Source: Candidatus Latescibacterota bacterium (GTDB lineage: Bacteria > Latescibacterota > UBA2968 > GCA-2709665). From it: a DNA stretch of 64,000 nucleotides. Below, in pieces: positions 19,894-30,047 of this stretch (position 1 is its first letter; each line of letters opens with the position of its first letter). The stretch is taken from positions 5,088,001 through 5,152,000 of the forward strand of contig CBDCOX010000002.1 in NCBI GenBank assembly GCA_965219995.1, given 5' to 3'. The notes below the pieces were generated by a model that was not told the DNA's origin, did not search any database, and saw nothing but the letters and a program-made list of their open reading frames with translations. A program made the translations under genes and the position numbers.

Positions 19894-20958
19894 TTACGGT
19901 ATGAATCGGGTTTTCGGACCGATTGCCAGAATGAACTCGGTGAGCAGGGCCACGGTTCGGTCCAGGTCCTTGAGAGACAGGATTTCCACGGGCGTGTGCA
20001 TATAGCGCAGCGCCACGCTGACCAGGCCAGTGGCCACGCCGGCGCGTGTAAGCTGAATGGCGTTCGCGTCGGTTCCGGTTCCGCCGGACGCGGCTTCGAT
20101 CTGATAAGGCACGTCGGCCCTTCGCGCCGCGGCCACGAGGCGCTTGAAGACAACCGGATTGATGTTGGCGCCGCGGGCGATGACGGGCCCGGCGCCCACC
20201 TTGAGGTCGCCGTCGCGGCGCTTGTCCACGTCGGGGTGATCGGTGGCGCAGGCGACGTCCAGGCCGATGCCCACGCGGGGATCGATGCCGTACGCGCTGG
20301 TTTTCGCGCCGCGCAGGCCGATCTCCTCCTGGACGGTGGCAACGGCGAACAGGGCGGCCCGGGACGGTTTCTCGGAGCGGGCGACACAGCGAAGGGTCTC
20401 CGCCGCGATATAGGCGCCCATCTTGTTGTCGAAGGCGCGGGAGACGGCCAGGTCTCCGCGGATCACTTCGAAATTGGGATCGTAGGTGACGGGGTCGCCG
20501 ATGTCGACGATTTTTCCGGCCTCTTTCGCGTCTCCCGCGCCGATGTCGATCCAGAGTTCATGGACCGCGGGCGTTTTCTTCCGGTCCTCCGCGGTCATCA
20601 GATGGATCGGCTTCTTTCCGAATACGCCCGGGACGGCGCCGGAAGACGTATGGATGCGGACTTTCCTGCCCGGGACGATATTCGTGTCGAAGCCGCCGAT
20701 GGTGTTGACGTAGATAAACCCGTTGTCGTCTATATGGTTGACCTGAAATCCCAGTTCATCCATATGTCCGGCCAGCATGATTCTCGGGCCGCCTTTGGCG
20801 TTGTGCACGGCGATCGCGTTGCCGTGCGCGTCGACTGTGACCTTGTCCGCGTATTTCTTCGTTTCCGCCGTCCAGACCTCGCGAACGGGTCCTTCGTACC
20901 CGGATGGACCCGGGGCTTTGAGCATGGCTTCGAGAAAAGCACGGGAAGACTTGCGCAT
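19894..20958 (-). CDS. M42 family aminopeptidase
   Basis: PSGYE, AGHMDELG, AFDNK, VQEEIGLRGA, GTDA, RYMHTP. Confidence 0.93.
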   Translation of the reverse strand: MRKSSRAFLEAMLKAPGPSGYEGPVREVWTAETKKYADKVTVDAHGNAIAVHNAKGGPRIMLAGHMDELGFQVNHIDDNGFIYVNTIGGFDTNIVPGRKVRIHTSSGAVPGVFGKKPIHLMTAEDRKKTPAVHELWIDIGAGDAKEAGKIVDIGDPVTYDPNFEVIRGDLAVSRAFDNKMGAYIAAETLRCVARSEKPSRAALFAVATVQEEIGLRGAKTSAYGIDPRVGIGLDVACATDHPDVDKRRDGDLKVGAGPVIARGANINPVVFKRLVAAARRADVPYQIEAASGGTGTDANAIQLTRAGVATGLVSVALRYMHTPVEILSLKDLDRTVALLTEFILAIGPKTRFIP

Positions 20959-20993
20959 CGCTCTCCTTTCCCCTTTAATTCACGATTCGGAAT

Positions 20994-21107
20994 TTACATG
21001 GATGAACAGGATGAACAGGATAAAACCGAAAAGCGCGAGAACAAGAACATCAGAAACTACGAAACACGCGAAAAATACGAAAAAGGCGACATCCTGAATC
21101 ATCTGCA
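20994..21107. repeat. 9-mer CAGGAT(G/A)AA repeat element, family B, with ACGAAA-type repeats
   Basis: TTTACATGGATGAACAGGATGAACAGGATAAA; related copies at 24695-24893 and 61189-61250. Confidence 0.65.
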
Positions 21108-21117
21108 AAAACAGAAC

Positions 21118-22146
21118 TCAGAATGCAGCCCGTTTTCGGCATTGTTCGATGACCCGTATCAATTCACGCGATTCATGGGTCTTGATATGGGGCTCCCCGT
21201 TTCGGGTAAACGTCTCATAAATGTTCGCGTAGAAGTCGAGTTGCGCTTCAGGACGAATCGGCACGGTCTCTTCCCGCCAGGGGAGCCGGTCCTGGTTGTC
21301 GTAACTGCGCCCCGGCGCCGCCCCTTCGATGACGGTCAGTGCCGGCGCCTGGTCTGGCTCGTAGTACCGTATATGGAAGGCGTTCTCTGACTGTACGAGG
21401 GTTCCATAGTGCCCGCAGACGTGCCAGGGCGGAAGGGGCAGGGACGCCGCCTGGTTGATTTCCAGATCGAGCAGCTGGTTTTCTTCAGTCTTGAGCCAGA
21501 TTCTGACCACGTCGTCCGCGTCTCCGCGCGTTGCGACCGCCCAGAGGTTGCACCGGATATCGGAAACGGGCGTGCCGTCGGAGAGGTTGAGCAGCTGGTC
21601 GATATAGTGGGCGCCGTAGTTATTGAGCATGCCGCCGCCGTTCTTGCGCAGGCTCTGCCAGTCGTTGCGCCGCACGTAACGGGTCAGCGAGCGTCGGATG
21701 AGGTAGACCGGGCCGAGAATCCCGCTGTCGATGATCCCTTTGAGGGTTTGCGTCTCCGCTGAAAGCCGGTGCGGCTGGTACACGAGCGCACGGCGGCCGT
21801 TCCGTTCCGCTTCATCGACAATGCGGTCGGCCGACTTCAGCGTGGTGGTCATCGGCTTTTCGAGGATCACGTGACAGCCTTCACGGAGCGCTCGCCGGGC
21901 GTGACGTTCGTGAAGTCTCGTGGGGGTCGCAACGACCAGGACGTCGGGACGTTCTCTTTCCCAGAAAGCGCGCATTGTCCTGTAGGTCCTGCAGCCGGAA
22001 AGCGCGGCGGCCTCGTCGAGGCGTTCCGTCAGCGGATCGATGACGGCGTCGAGCTGATATTGGGGCGATTCCTTGAGGTCCTTGAAATGTTTGGACCATC
22101 CGGCCCGGCCCAGTCCGGCAATTGCCACGTTCAGCTTTTCCGCCAT
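21118..22146 (-). CDS. Gfo/Idh/MocA family oxidoreductase
   Basis: AGLGRAG, VATPTRLH, ILEKP, GGGMLNNYGAHYID; start at the ATG at 22146. Confidence 0.9.
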   Translation of the reverse strand: MAEKLNVAIAGLGRAGWSKHFKDLKESPQYQLDAVIDPLTERLDEAAALSGCRTYRTMRAFWERERPDVLVVATPTRLHERHARRALREGCHVILEKPMTTTLKSADRIVDEAERNGRRALVYQPHRLSAETQTLKGIIDSGILGPVYLIRRSLTRYVRRNDWQSLRKNGGGMLNNYGAHYIDQLLNLSDGTPVSDIRCNLWAVATRGDADDVVRIWLKTEENQLLDLEINQAASLPLPPWHVCGHYGTLVQSENAFHIRYYEPDQAPALTVIEGAAPGRSYDNQDRLPWREETVPIRPEAQLDFYANIYETFTRNGEPHIKTHESRELIRVIEQCRKRAAF

Positions 22147-22389
22147 CGGCGCGTTATCCTGAGGCTTAAGTTGACGCCCTTGCATTCTCTGTCTATATTC
22201 GTGCGAACGGCACAAATAATATAGCCTTTGACCCAAATGTCCATAGAAATCGTCAGCAGCCCGTGGGGTCTGAGGCGGGTTGGGGCCTGACATGCGGGTG
22301 GTTCTCGTCAAGGATACATGAACGGGAGGTTTGCGGTGAGCGCAGGGCCAGAACCATCGGGTGCTTCCGAAGGCGTTAAGTCGACGACG

Positions 22390-22959
22390 ATGCAGGCGGC
22401 CATCCTGGGCATGCTGGTTGTGAATATTCCACTGTTGCTGATCAGCTTCGGCATGGGGTACGCGTCGCGGTTCGACTGGATGTCCGTTTCCGTGGGCGCG
22501 CACCTGAAGGTGGGGCTTCTGGCCGCGTTTCTGACGGTCCTCACGCAGACGACAACGATGTTTTACTTTATGGGAACGGGATCGGCCATCAAGGCCGAGG
22601 TGCGGGAGCGCGGTCTGGATCGGGAGTTTCTTGCGCGTGCCCGCGGGTTCAAAGGCAGTTTCTTCTACCTGCTGACGTTCGGTATTCTGCTGATCATGGT
22701 CACGGCAATGATCGGCGGCGGCGCGCACGCGGATCTGCTCCTGGGCGTCGGCAAGGGCGGCAGGACGTTTTATTCCATCCTGCACGAGGTCCTTGCAGCC
22801 TTAAGCCTGCTGGTGAATATGATCGCCTTTGTCCTGACGCCGGTCTATATCCAGAAAAATAACCGGCTGCTGGACGACGTTGGACGTACCCGGACCGGGG
22901 CGCCGGAGGTAACGCCCGCGGCGGGGCGTCAGTGCAACGAATTGCCGCCCGGTAGCTGA
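22390..22959 (+). CDS. Hypothetical membrane protein with about 4 TM helices
   Basis: Four hydrophobic segments with His residues near several of them; co-oriented with polX. Confidence 0.7.
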   Translation: MQAAILGMLVVNIPLLLISFGMGYASRFDWMSVSVGAHLKVGLLAAFLTVLTQTTTMFYFMGTGSAIKAEVRERGLDREFLARARGFKGSFFYLLTFGILLIMVTAMIGGGAHADLLLGVGKGGRTFYSILHEVLAALSLLVNMIAFVLTPVYIQKNNRLLDDVGRTRTGAPEVTPAAGRQCNELPPGS

Positions 22960-22973
22960 TCACGGAGGAGCCT

Positions 22974-24695
22974 ATGGACAATCGGGAGGTCGCGGAAGTC
23001 CTGGAAGAGATGGCGGCATTGATGGAGTTGAACGGCGACGGCGGATTTCGCCTGCGCGCGTACGCCAACGCCGCCCGGGCAATCGATTCCCTCGGGGAAC
23101 CGGTAGCGACACTGGCAGCCGAGGGAAAGCTGGATACGGTCCGGGGCGTGGGGAAGGGACTCGCGGGGCGCATCGGCGAACTCGTGGAGACGGGGCGTCT
23201 GCCCGGTCTGGAGGAATTGAAGGCATCCGTACCGGAAGGGCTGATGGAGATGACGGAGATTCCCGGGCTGGGGGCGAAGAGAGTACGGGCGATTTATGAA
23301 GAACTGGGTATTGTGGACGTCGATGCGCTCTCCAGAGCCTGCGACTCCGGCGAACTGGAATCGATGAGCGGCTTCGGCAGGAAAACCGCCGAACGGATCG
23401 CGAACGGCATTCAATACATGCAGAAGCACCGCGGCCAGTTTCTATGCAATAACGCAAGCCACGAGGCGGAGAAGATTCGGGCCTATCTCGAGGATCGGGC
23501 GACCGTGGACCGGCTGGCCGTGGCGGGAACGATACGGCGCCGCTGCGAAACGCACAGGGATATCGACCTGGTGGCGTGCGCAAAGGATCCCGAAGGGCTG
23601 GCCGGGGCATTCGAGGGGTATCATGAGGTGGAGGAAGTCCTGGAAGCCGGAGCGACGCCGCTGAGTATTATGTTGAACTCGGGAATGCGCGCGAATCTGT
23701 GGATCGTGGAGGAGGAAGCGTACTCGGCTGCTCTCCATCACGTAACGGGCAGCGCATCGCACGTCGCACAGATGCGCGAGAGGGCGTCGGAAGCTGGATT
23801 GAGACTGAACGAAGGGGGTTTGTTCGACGGCGATCGCCGTATCCCATGTGAGGACGAGCCGGCGCTGTTCGAGGCGCTGGGTCTTGCCGAAGTCCCGCCG
23901 GAACTGCGGGAGGGAGAAGACGAGGTCCGACGGGCCGCGGCCGGAGGGCTTCCCCGGTTGGTGAGACGGAAGGATCTGCTGGGGACGCTTCACGTGCATA
24001 CCCGGCACAGCGACGGCCGGGCGGACGTGATGGAGATGGCGAGGGCGGCGGCCGGCCTCGGATACGGGTACATCGGGATATGCGACCACAGCAAGGCGGC
24101 GGCCTATGCGAACGGCCTGACGGAGGACCGGGTCCGCGCCCAGTGGGAGGAAATCGACAGCGTCAACGCGGAACTCGCGGACATCCGGGTGTTGAAGGGG
24201 ATTGAGGTGGACATCCTGGGCGACGGGCGTCTGGACTTCGAGGACGAATTCCTGGCGGAGTTCGACGTTGTCGTCGCGTCGGTGCATTCCAGGTTCGGCA
24301 TGACCGAAACCGAAGCGACCGAGCGGATCGTGCGCGCGGTGCGCAGCCCTCACGTGCACATTCTGGGGCACCCAACGGGCCGTCTGTTGCTGGCCCGCGA
24401 GGGGTATCCGCTGGATCACCGCGCCGTTATCGACGCGGCGGCCGAGTCCAATACGGCCATTGAGCTGAACGCCAATCCGCGGCGGCTGGACATGGACTGG
24501 CGGCATATCGGATACGCGCGGGAAAAAGGCGTGAAGATCGCGATCAATACGGACGCCCACAGTGTGGAGGGGCTGGAGCAGATGGTGCACGGGCTGGGCT
24601 GCGGCCGTAAGGGCGGGCTGACCGCCGCGGACGTCCTTAACACGATGCCTGTTGATGATTTCATATCATGGTGCAAGGAATCTGAAGAAGCGTGA
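22974..24695 (+). CDS. polX: DNA polymerase X with PHP domain (polymerase site probably degenerate)
   Basis: FRLRAYANAA, HhH motifs, RDIDLV, VPPELREG; PHP motifs HVHTRHSDG, CDHS, GHPTGR, NTDAH. Confidence 0.93.
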   Translation: MDNREVAEVLEEMAALMELNGDGGFRLRAYANAARAIDSLGEPVATLAAEGKLDTVRGVGKGLAGRIGELVETGRLPGLEELKASVPEGLMEMTEIPGLGAKRVRAIYEELGIVDVDALSRACDSGELESMSGFGRKTAERIANGIQYMQKHRGQFLCNNASHEAEKIRAYLEDRATVDRLAVAGTIRRRCETHRDIDLVACAKDPEGLAGAFEGYHEVEEVLEAGATPLSIMLNSGMRANLWIVEEEAYSAALHHVTGSASHVAQMRERASEAGLRLNEGGLFDGDRRIPCEDEPALFEALGLAEVPPELREGEDEVRRAAAGGLPRLVRRKDLLGTLHVHTRHSDGRADVMEMARAAAGLGYGYIGICDHSKAAAYANGLTEDRVRAQWEEIDSVNAELADIRVLKGIEVDILGDGRLDFEDEFLAEFDVVVASVHSRFGMTETEATERIVRAVRSPHVHILGHPTGRLLLAREGYPLDHRAVIDAAAESNTAIELNANPRRLDMDWRHIGYAREKGVKIAINTDAHSVEGLEQMVHGLGCGRKGGLTAADVLNTMPVDDFISWCKESEEA

Positions 24696-24824
24696 AACAT
24701 GGATGGACAGGATAAACAGGATAAAGACCACAAACCGCAGATGTGTTACTGTGTCCTTGGTTGAGTGATTGTAGGTTTTTCCCGAATTTGGTTTTAATCC
24801 TGTCCATCCTGTGTATCCATGTTT
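24695..24824. repeat. Family B element with 10-bp terminal inverted repeats (AAACATGGAT ... ATCCATGTTT)
   Basis: Perfect 10-bp IR, with inverted CAGGAT/ATCCTG 9-mer runs inside it. Confidence 0.75.
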
Positions 24825-24899
24825 GGTGACTTTGGCAGTTATTCGGCTAAGTTCATCAACTGCAATAACAACGGACGGACAGGATAAGCAGGAGGCAAC

Positions 24900-25649
24900 T
24901 TGGAACGCGAAGATATCTTTGACAAGGTTCAGTCCATTGTTGAGGAAAAGGACCTGTACGCCGCGAGCGAGTTTGTGTTTGGACTCGCGGATGAATGCGA
25001 TGTCGCCGAGGCATTCGGAAACCTGGTGCTGGACTGCTACTGGAAGGCCAAATCCATCGAGCAGGTGATCCACTTTGCGGACGCGGGCATCCACTATTGT
25101 CTCGCCAGGACGTGGTCTTCAGGCGACCTGAGCGACGACCTCTACGACGAAATCTACGACGATCCCGAGAGGGAGCTTCTGTTCGTCGCCAAGCGGACGG
25201 CCACGAATGCCGCATCCTTCACCTGGATCGGCTGGAACGAACCGGACATTGAGATTACGCCCGAGCAGAGGCGGCGCGGTATCGCGTTCGCGCGGTACAG
25301 CGTCAGGCAACTACGTGAACTGGACCCGACTGGCGCGCAGCTTGCCTATACGTACTGGTATCTCGGCGCGCATCTCCTGGCAGACGAGTCATACACGGAG
25401 GCGCTGTCCGTGTTCGCGGAGGCGAGGGTCTTTAGCGGCTCGAACGGGGGAGACCCGGATCAGCAGGCCATGCTCGACGGATACATGGGGCTGACGAAAA
25501 TCCTTTCGGGGGACAATGACGTTGGCGAACCGGAATTCGATACGGCCGTTGCCGCCCTCGAATCCCGCGACAATGAAGACGCCGCCTTCTACGCGCAGCA
25601 ACTCGTCGACGTGAGGGCATTTTTTGAGAGGCGGTTGGAAGAATCCTAA
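24900..25649 (+). CDS. Hypothetical acidic, helical (TPR-like) protein
   Basis: TTG start after AGGAGG; 249-aa ORF with host-like codon usage. Confidence 0.65.
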   Translation: MEREDIFDKVQSIVEEKDLYAASEFVFGLADECDVAEAFGNLVLDCYWKAKSIEQVIHFADAGIHYCLARTWSSGDLSDDLYDEIYDDPERELLFVAKRTATNAASFTWIGWNEPDIEITPEQRRRGIAFARYSVRQLRELDPTGAQLAYTYWYLGAHLLADESYTEALSVFAEARVFSGSNGGDPDQQAMLDGYMGLTKILSGDNDVGEPEFDTAVAALESRDNEDAAFYAQQLVDVRAFFERRLEES

Positions 25650-25719
25650 CGAGACTTCGCTACGCTCAGCCGCAACCAAATCAGGTACATGTGAATGCGA
25701 GCGCTTTCGACGATTTAAT

Positions 25720-25806
25720 CACTCCCCCCTTGAGGGGGAGTCGCAGAAGCCGATCCGATCCCTGAGCTTGTCGAAGGGCCGGCGAAGGCTGATGCGGTGG
25801 GGGGAT
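25720..25806. repeat. REP-like palindromic element
   Basis: ACTCCCCC-TT-GAGGGGGAGT hairpin with a nested CCCTGAGCTTGTCGAAGGG unit. Confidence 0.55.
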
Positions 25807-26030
25807 CGCAACGAGTTTTTTTTTGATAGTTGGCAGCATGAAAAACTATGGATGCATATTGCGAGGAAGTCTTACTGTAACACTCTAACGGCCGAGCAGG
25901 ACAACCACACGGGTTGGCAATGCAGACAAAGATTCAGCAATCAGTCGCCAGAGAGAAAGCTGTCAGCCGTCAGCTAGAATCAAAATCGAACATCAGATTC
26001 AAAACCCCCTTTTCCCCAAATTCCCTAATG

Positions 26031-26282
26031 GCGGGGAGACGGGAGAGGTGAGAGGTGAGAGGAGATGAGTGCCCTATGGTTTTTCTAGTCGTTACGATAA
26101 CGGTAAATTAGCAGGCACGGTTTGTGTGGAAACACTGCTGGAATTGTCTTCATCTACCGTCTCCCGTCTTACGTCTCACCGGTTTTATTGCCCCGTGCGA
26201 TTTTATTTCTTGCCGCAGGCATTGAGGTAGAACCAATCGGGCAAGGATGTCATCTACCGTCTCCCGTCTAGCGTCTCCCCGC
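26031..26282. mobile_element. MITE-like element, family A, copy 3
   Basis: Perfect 11-bp terminal IR GCGGGGAGACG/CGTCTCCCCGC; colinear with 30355-30604. Confidence 0.8.
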
Positions 26283-26421
26283 TTTTTGAAGACCTTACAC
26301 CCAAACCAGACACAGTCAACTCAAACGAAGACACAAAGGGAAGACCGAAAACAGATACTGTCGCATTTTGCGACACCTATTCGACAACATTGCGACTCTT
26401 TGAAACGAGAATCGGAACGAG

Positions 26422-28422
26422 ATGGCTTCACGGAGGAAAAAGACAGATCCTGCAGAGCCCGTTGATCCTTTTTCGGAACTGACGTGGGACGATCTGGACG
26501 AATGGGCGGGCAGTCGCATCGTCGCCCGGGGCCGGTCCTATCAGAGAAAAGGGGCGGTTAGGGAATTGCAGCGCGACGAAGAGGGCGCGCTGGTCGCCTG
26601 GGTTGCGGGCAATCGCCTCTATGCCACAAGGGTGACCATCGAAGGAAGCAGGGACCTGATATCCGAATGTACCTGTCCCTACTGGACGACTTGCAAACAC
26701 GCGGTAGCTGTCGTGGTGGAATATCTGGAGGTGGCAAAGTCCGGAAACGCCGTCGGCCAGGTCGAGGCCGACGATCCGCGCGTTGAGCAGTTGGACGCAA
26801 GAATGGAGAACTTCACCGATGCGGAAGAATTCGAGACGTTGCAAATGGATGAGGAGTACGTTGAGACACTTTCCGAAAGCTCCGGGTCCAGCCAGTCACC
26901 GGATTCTTCGTTGCAAGCCTACCTGCAAGAGCATACCACGGCCGAACTTGTAGCGCTACTGCTGGAACTTGCCGAAACCCACGACGAAGTGCGCCAATCT
27001 CTCGAAAACCGCCGCAGCCTGACCTCGGGGCAGACCCGAGAAGTTCTTCAGAGAATCCGCTCCGAGATCGCGGCCCTTGAAGAACCCGTATGGGACCACG
27101 ATCACTACGGGTACCAGGCGGTCAATACGGAGCGCCTCAAGGCGATGCTCCAGGCGCTGGTGGCGTCCGGACAGGTTGACGCCGCCGTGCAACTGGGACC
27201 CGAACTGCTTGCCGCCGGCACTCAGGCGCTGGAATACGAGCACGAGGGGGAGTCAAGCGAAGCGATCGGCGAATGTCTCGACGTCCTTTTCCAGGCCCTG
27301 GACAGGAGTTCCATGTCGCCCGCAGACCGGATCGTATGGGTCCTGGATATGGCACAGACGGACGAGTACGAACTCTGCTCCGAAGGATTTGCAAATCTCT
27401 GGGTTGAAGACTATGATAAACGCGACTGGTCGAAGGTGTGCGACCGCCTGGCCCAGCGACTGGATGCCCGGCCGTGCTCTGCCCGAAATAGCGAGGGGTC
27501 GGGTGAATACAAACGGGACTACATCGTTGACTGGCTCATCAGAGCCATGGAAAAGGCCGGCAGGCGGGACGAGATCATTCCTTTGTGCAAGCGCGAAGCC
27601 CCCATCACCCTTACTTACAATCGCCTGGTGGACCGCCTGATGGCAGAGGGCGTGTGGGACGAGGCGCGGCGATGGTGCCGGCAGGGGCTCGAGGCGATTC
27701 ACGACCGGTATCCAGGACTGCGAGCGGAGCTTCGAGAGCAGCTGCAGACGATCAACAAGCACAGCGGCAATCCGCTTGCCGGGCTGGCCATTCATGCGGA
27801 GGAGTTCTTCGCCGAACCCGGCGCGGAGGCATTCCTGGATCTGTATGACGCCGCCCGGGGGCAGGGCGTTGGGGAGGGCGTCGAGGCGTGGTGCAGGCAC
27901 TATCTCCTGACTGGCCGGCGGCCGCGAAGCGGCAGGAAACGTAAAAGTGATCCGGACGTGGACTGGCCCCTTCCCGCTCCGGAAGTCGAAATACCCGCGC
28001 CACGCGGTGACAATGAGGCGCCTATGGTTGACGTGCTGATCCTCCTGGCCATTGCGGAGAAGAAGCCGAACGAGGTTGTGAAGTGGTACGACCGTGCGGG
28101 TTTGACAGAAGCGGAGCACTGGGAGCGTGACGTCTCCCTCGACGAAGACGTGGCCGAAGCCATCGCATCGACGCATCCCGACCGGGCGGTGGCAATCTGG
28201 AAGGACCTGGCGGAGGCGGAGATCGCCAGGGTAAAGCCGGCGGGGTACCGGGAGGCGGTTCCCTATCTGCGCCAGGTCAGAAATGTACTCACCCGGTCAG
28301 GTCGCGAGGGGGAGTGGGAAGAGTACCTCGCCGCCTTGAGGCAGCAGAACAAGCGCAGGCCCCGGTGCATCGAGGAGCTGGATCGACTCGAGGACGGCCG
28401 CCGGCGAATCATAGATAGGTGA
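26422..28422 (+). CDS. SWIM zinc-finger protein with a helical C-terminal region
   Basis: IVARGRSY and CTCPYWTTCKHAVA (CxCx4CxH). Confidence 0.85.
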   Translation: MASRRKKTDPAEPVDPFSELTWDDLDEWAGSRIVARGRSYQRKGAVRELQRDEEGALVAWVAGNRLYATRVTIEGSRDLISECTCPYWTTCKHAVAVVVEYLEVAKSGNAVGQVEADDPRVEQLDARMENFTDAEEFETLQMDEEYVETLSESSGSSQSPDSSLQAYLQEHTTAELVALLLELAETHDEVRQSLENRRSLTSGQTREVLQRIRSEIAALEEPVWDHDHYGYQAVNTERLKAMLQALVASGQVDAAVQLGPELLAAGTQALEYEHEGESSEAIGECLDVLFQALDRSSMSPADRIVWVLDMAQTDEYELCSEGFANLWVEDYDKRDWSKVCDRLAQRLDARPCSARNSEGSGEYKRDYIVDWLIRAMEKAGRRDEIIPLCKREAPITLTYNRLVDRLMAEGVWDEARRWCRQGLEAIHDRYPGLRAELREQLQTINKHSGNPLAGLAIHAEEFFAEPGAEAFLDLYDAARGQGVGEGVEAWCRHYLLTGRRPRSGRKRKSDPDVDWPLPAPEVEIPAPRGDNEAPMVDVLILLAIAEKKPNEVVKWYDRAGLTEAEHWERDVSLDEDVAEAIASTHPDRAVAIWKDLAEAEIARVKPAGYREAVPYLRQVRNVLTRSGREGEWEEYLAALRQQNKRRPRCIEELDRLEDGRRRIIDR

Positions 28423-28493
28423 GCCGGAGCATCGACCAGCGGTTACGTCCGGCTCTCACCAAACGGAATCCTCACACGGAGCCACAAAACCCC

Positions 28494-30047
28494 ATGAACG
28501 TCAAGGACCGTCTGCTGCTGTCCGGCCGCAACCTACTCGGCAGTCTGTCGCGCGACGACGGCTACCTGCCCTATTGGCACATGGCCGTCGACGAGGACAT
28601 GGGCGCGATGTACCAGTTTCGGCCATACTGCACCGGCCACAACGTCGGACGCTGGTGGAACACTATGCTGCGGCTCGAGCGCGCCGCCGGCTTCGAGATC
28701 CCCGGGGAGATGGAAGTGGCGATGCTGGAGAACAGCCGGCGCCTGTCCGACAACGCCAGCGGCATCTTCCTCGAGGACGTCGACCCCCGGGACCCGGCGA
28801 CCTGGTACATCCACTCCTACCGCGAGACCATGCTGTCCTTCGGACTGCTTGTCGAATGCCGCGGTAACGCCCGCGCCGCCGAGTGGGGCACCCGGGCGAT
28901 CGAGGGGATGAGCCGCGCAAGCCGGGAACTGATGGAGTGGAGGTTTTCGTTCGACGGCGGACCTGAGCGGGCAAAGCACGGCAACAGCGCCGTCCCGGCC
29001 TACACCCACGGCCGTGCCATCGAAGGCCTGCTTTGTTTCCACGCGGCCACCCGCGATTTGGCCGCCCTCGAGGAAGCGGAGCGCCTGGGCGATTTCCATT
29101 TCGAAACCCTGGTGAACTCGGACGGCAGTCTCGCCCGGGGCTGCGGCCACCACACCCACTCGTACCTGAACACCCTCCGCGGCCTGCTGATGCTGGCCGT
29201 GCTCCAGGGTTCGCGAGAACGCCAGGAGTTGATTTACAAGACCTACCGGGGGGCCGTATCCGGGATGATCACCCGCTCGGGGTTCATCACCCACGACGTC
29301 GGCGCCCGTTATGGCGGCGACATCGCCTCGGCAGGAGACATCGCTCACATCGCCCTGTTGCTGTGGGACCTGTTCGCCGACCCCGGACTGCTCGACGATG
29401 CGGAGCGCATCGCGCGGGCCCGGCTGTTCCCTGCGCAGGTGCGGGAACCTGTTCCTATTCGCCCTGCCGAAGCTGCCGACGCCCGGGACTGCTACCGCGA
29501 CCTCCCCAACCGCTTCTTGGGCGCCATCGGTGGCTCCGTAGGCCACGTCAGGGGGCAGACCTGCGTCACCGATTTCACCGCCGCTGCCCTGCACAGCCTG
29601 ATCGAGCTCTGGAACCGGACCGTCGACGTCGAGGGAGAGTTCGTCCGCGTCAACTTCCACTTCGACCGCGAACTGCCCGAGGTGGGGGTGAAGGCGGAGC
29701 GCGACGAGAACCAGGCCCGGGTCACCGTGGTCAACCGAACCGGAAAGGAACTGCGGCTGCGCTTCCCGGGCTGGGCGGATGAGGCGACCTGCGCGGTGAC
29801 CGTCGACGGGCGGCCTGTCGAGGCAACCGTGGAGAACGGGTTTGTGGTGGTGGCGCAGGGTGAAGGGGCGACGACCAGCGAGTTGCGCTTCGCTCTTCCC
29901 GAATACGAGGAGGAGGAACTGTCGCGGGACGAGTCCGCCGAAGAGGAGACGGTGACGTTTCGCTGGCGCGGCGACGAGATCGTCGACGTCAGCAGCGGCG
30001 GACCCTACCTGGCCCCGCATCCGAAATTACGCCGGTCGCTGGTGTAG
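28494..30047 (+). CDS. Hypothetical protein, possibly a GH127-like (alpha/alpha)6 glycoside hydrolase
   Basis: HNVGRWW, HTHSYLNTLRG and the ELRLRFPGWA...VTVDG beta-sandwich pattern; start at the ATG at 28494. Confidence 0.6.
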   Translation: MNVKDRLLLSGRNLLGSLSRDDGYLPYWHMAVDEDMGAMYQFRPYCTGHNVGRWWNTMLRLERAAGFEIPGEMEVAMLENSRRLSDNASGIFLEDVDPRDPATWYIHSYRETMLSFGLLVECRGNARAAEWGTRAIEGMSRASRELMEWRFSFDGGPERAKHGNSAVPAYTHGRAIEGLLCFHAATRDLAALEEAERLGDFHFETLVNSDGSLARGCGHHTHSYLNTLRGLLMLAVLQGSRERQELIYKTYRGAVSGMITRSGFITHDVGARYGGDIASAGDIAHIALLLWDLFADPGLLDDAERIARARLFPAQVREPVPIRPAEAADARDCYRDLPNRFLGAIGGSVGHVRGQTCVTDFTAAALHSLIELWNRTVDVEGEFVRVNFHFDRELPEVGVKAERDENQARVTVVNRTGKELRLRFPGWADEATCAVTVDGRPVEATVENGFVVVAQGEGATTSELRFALPEYEEEELSRDESAEEETVTFRWRGDEIVDVSSGGPYLAPHPKLRRSLV

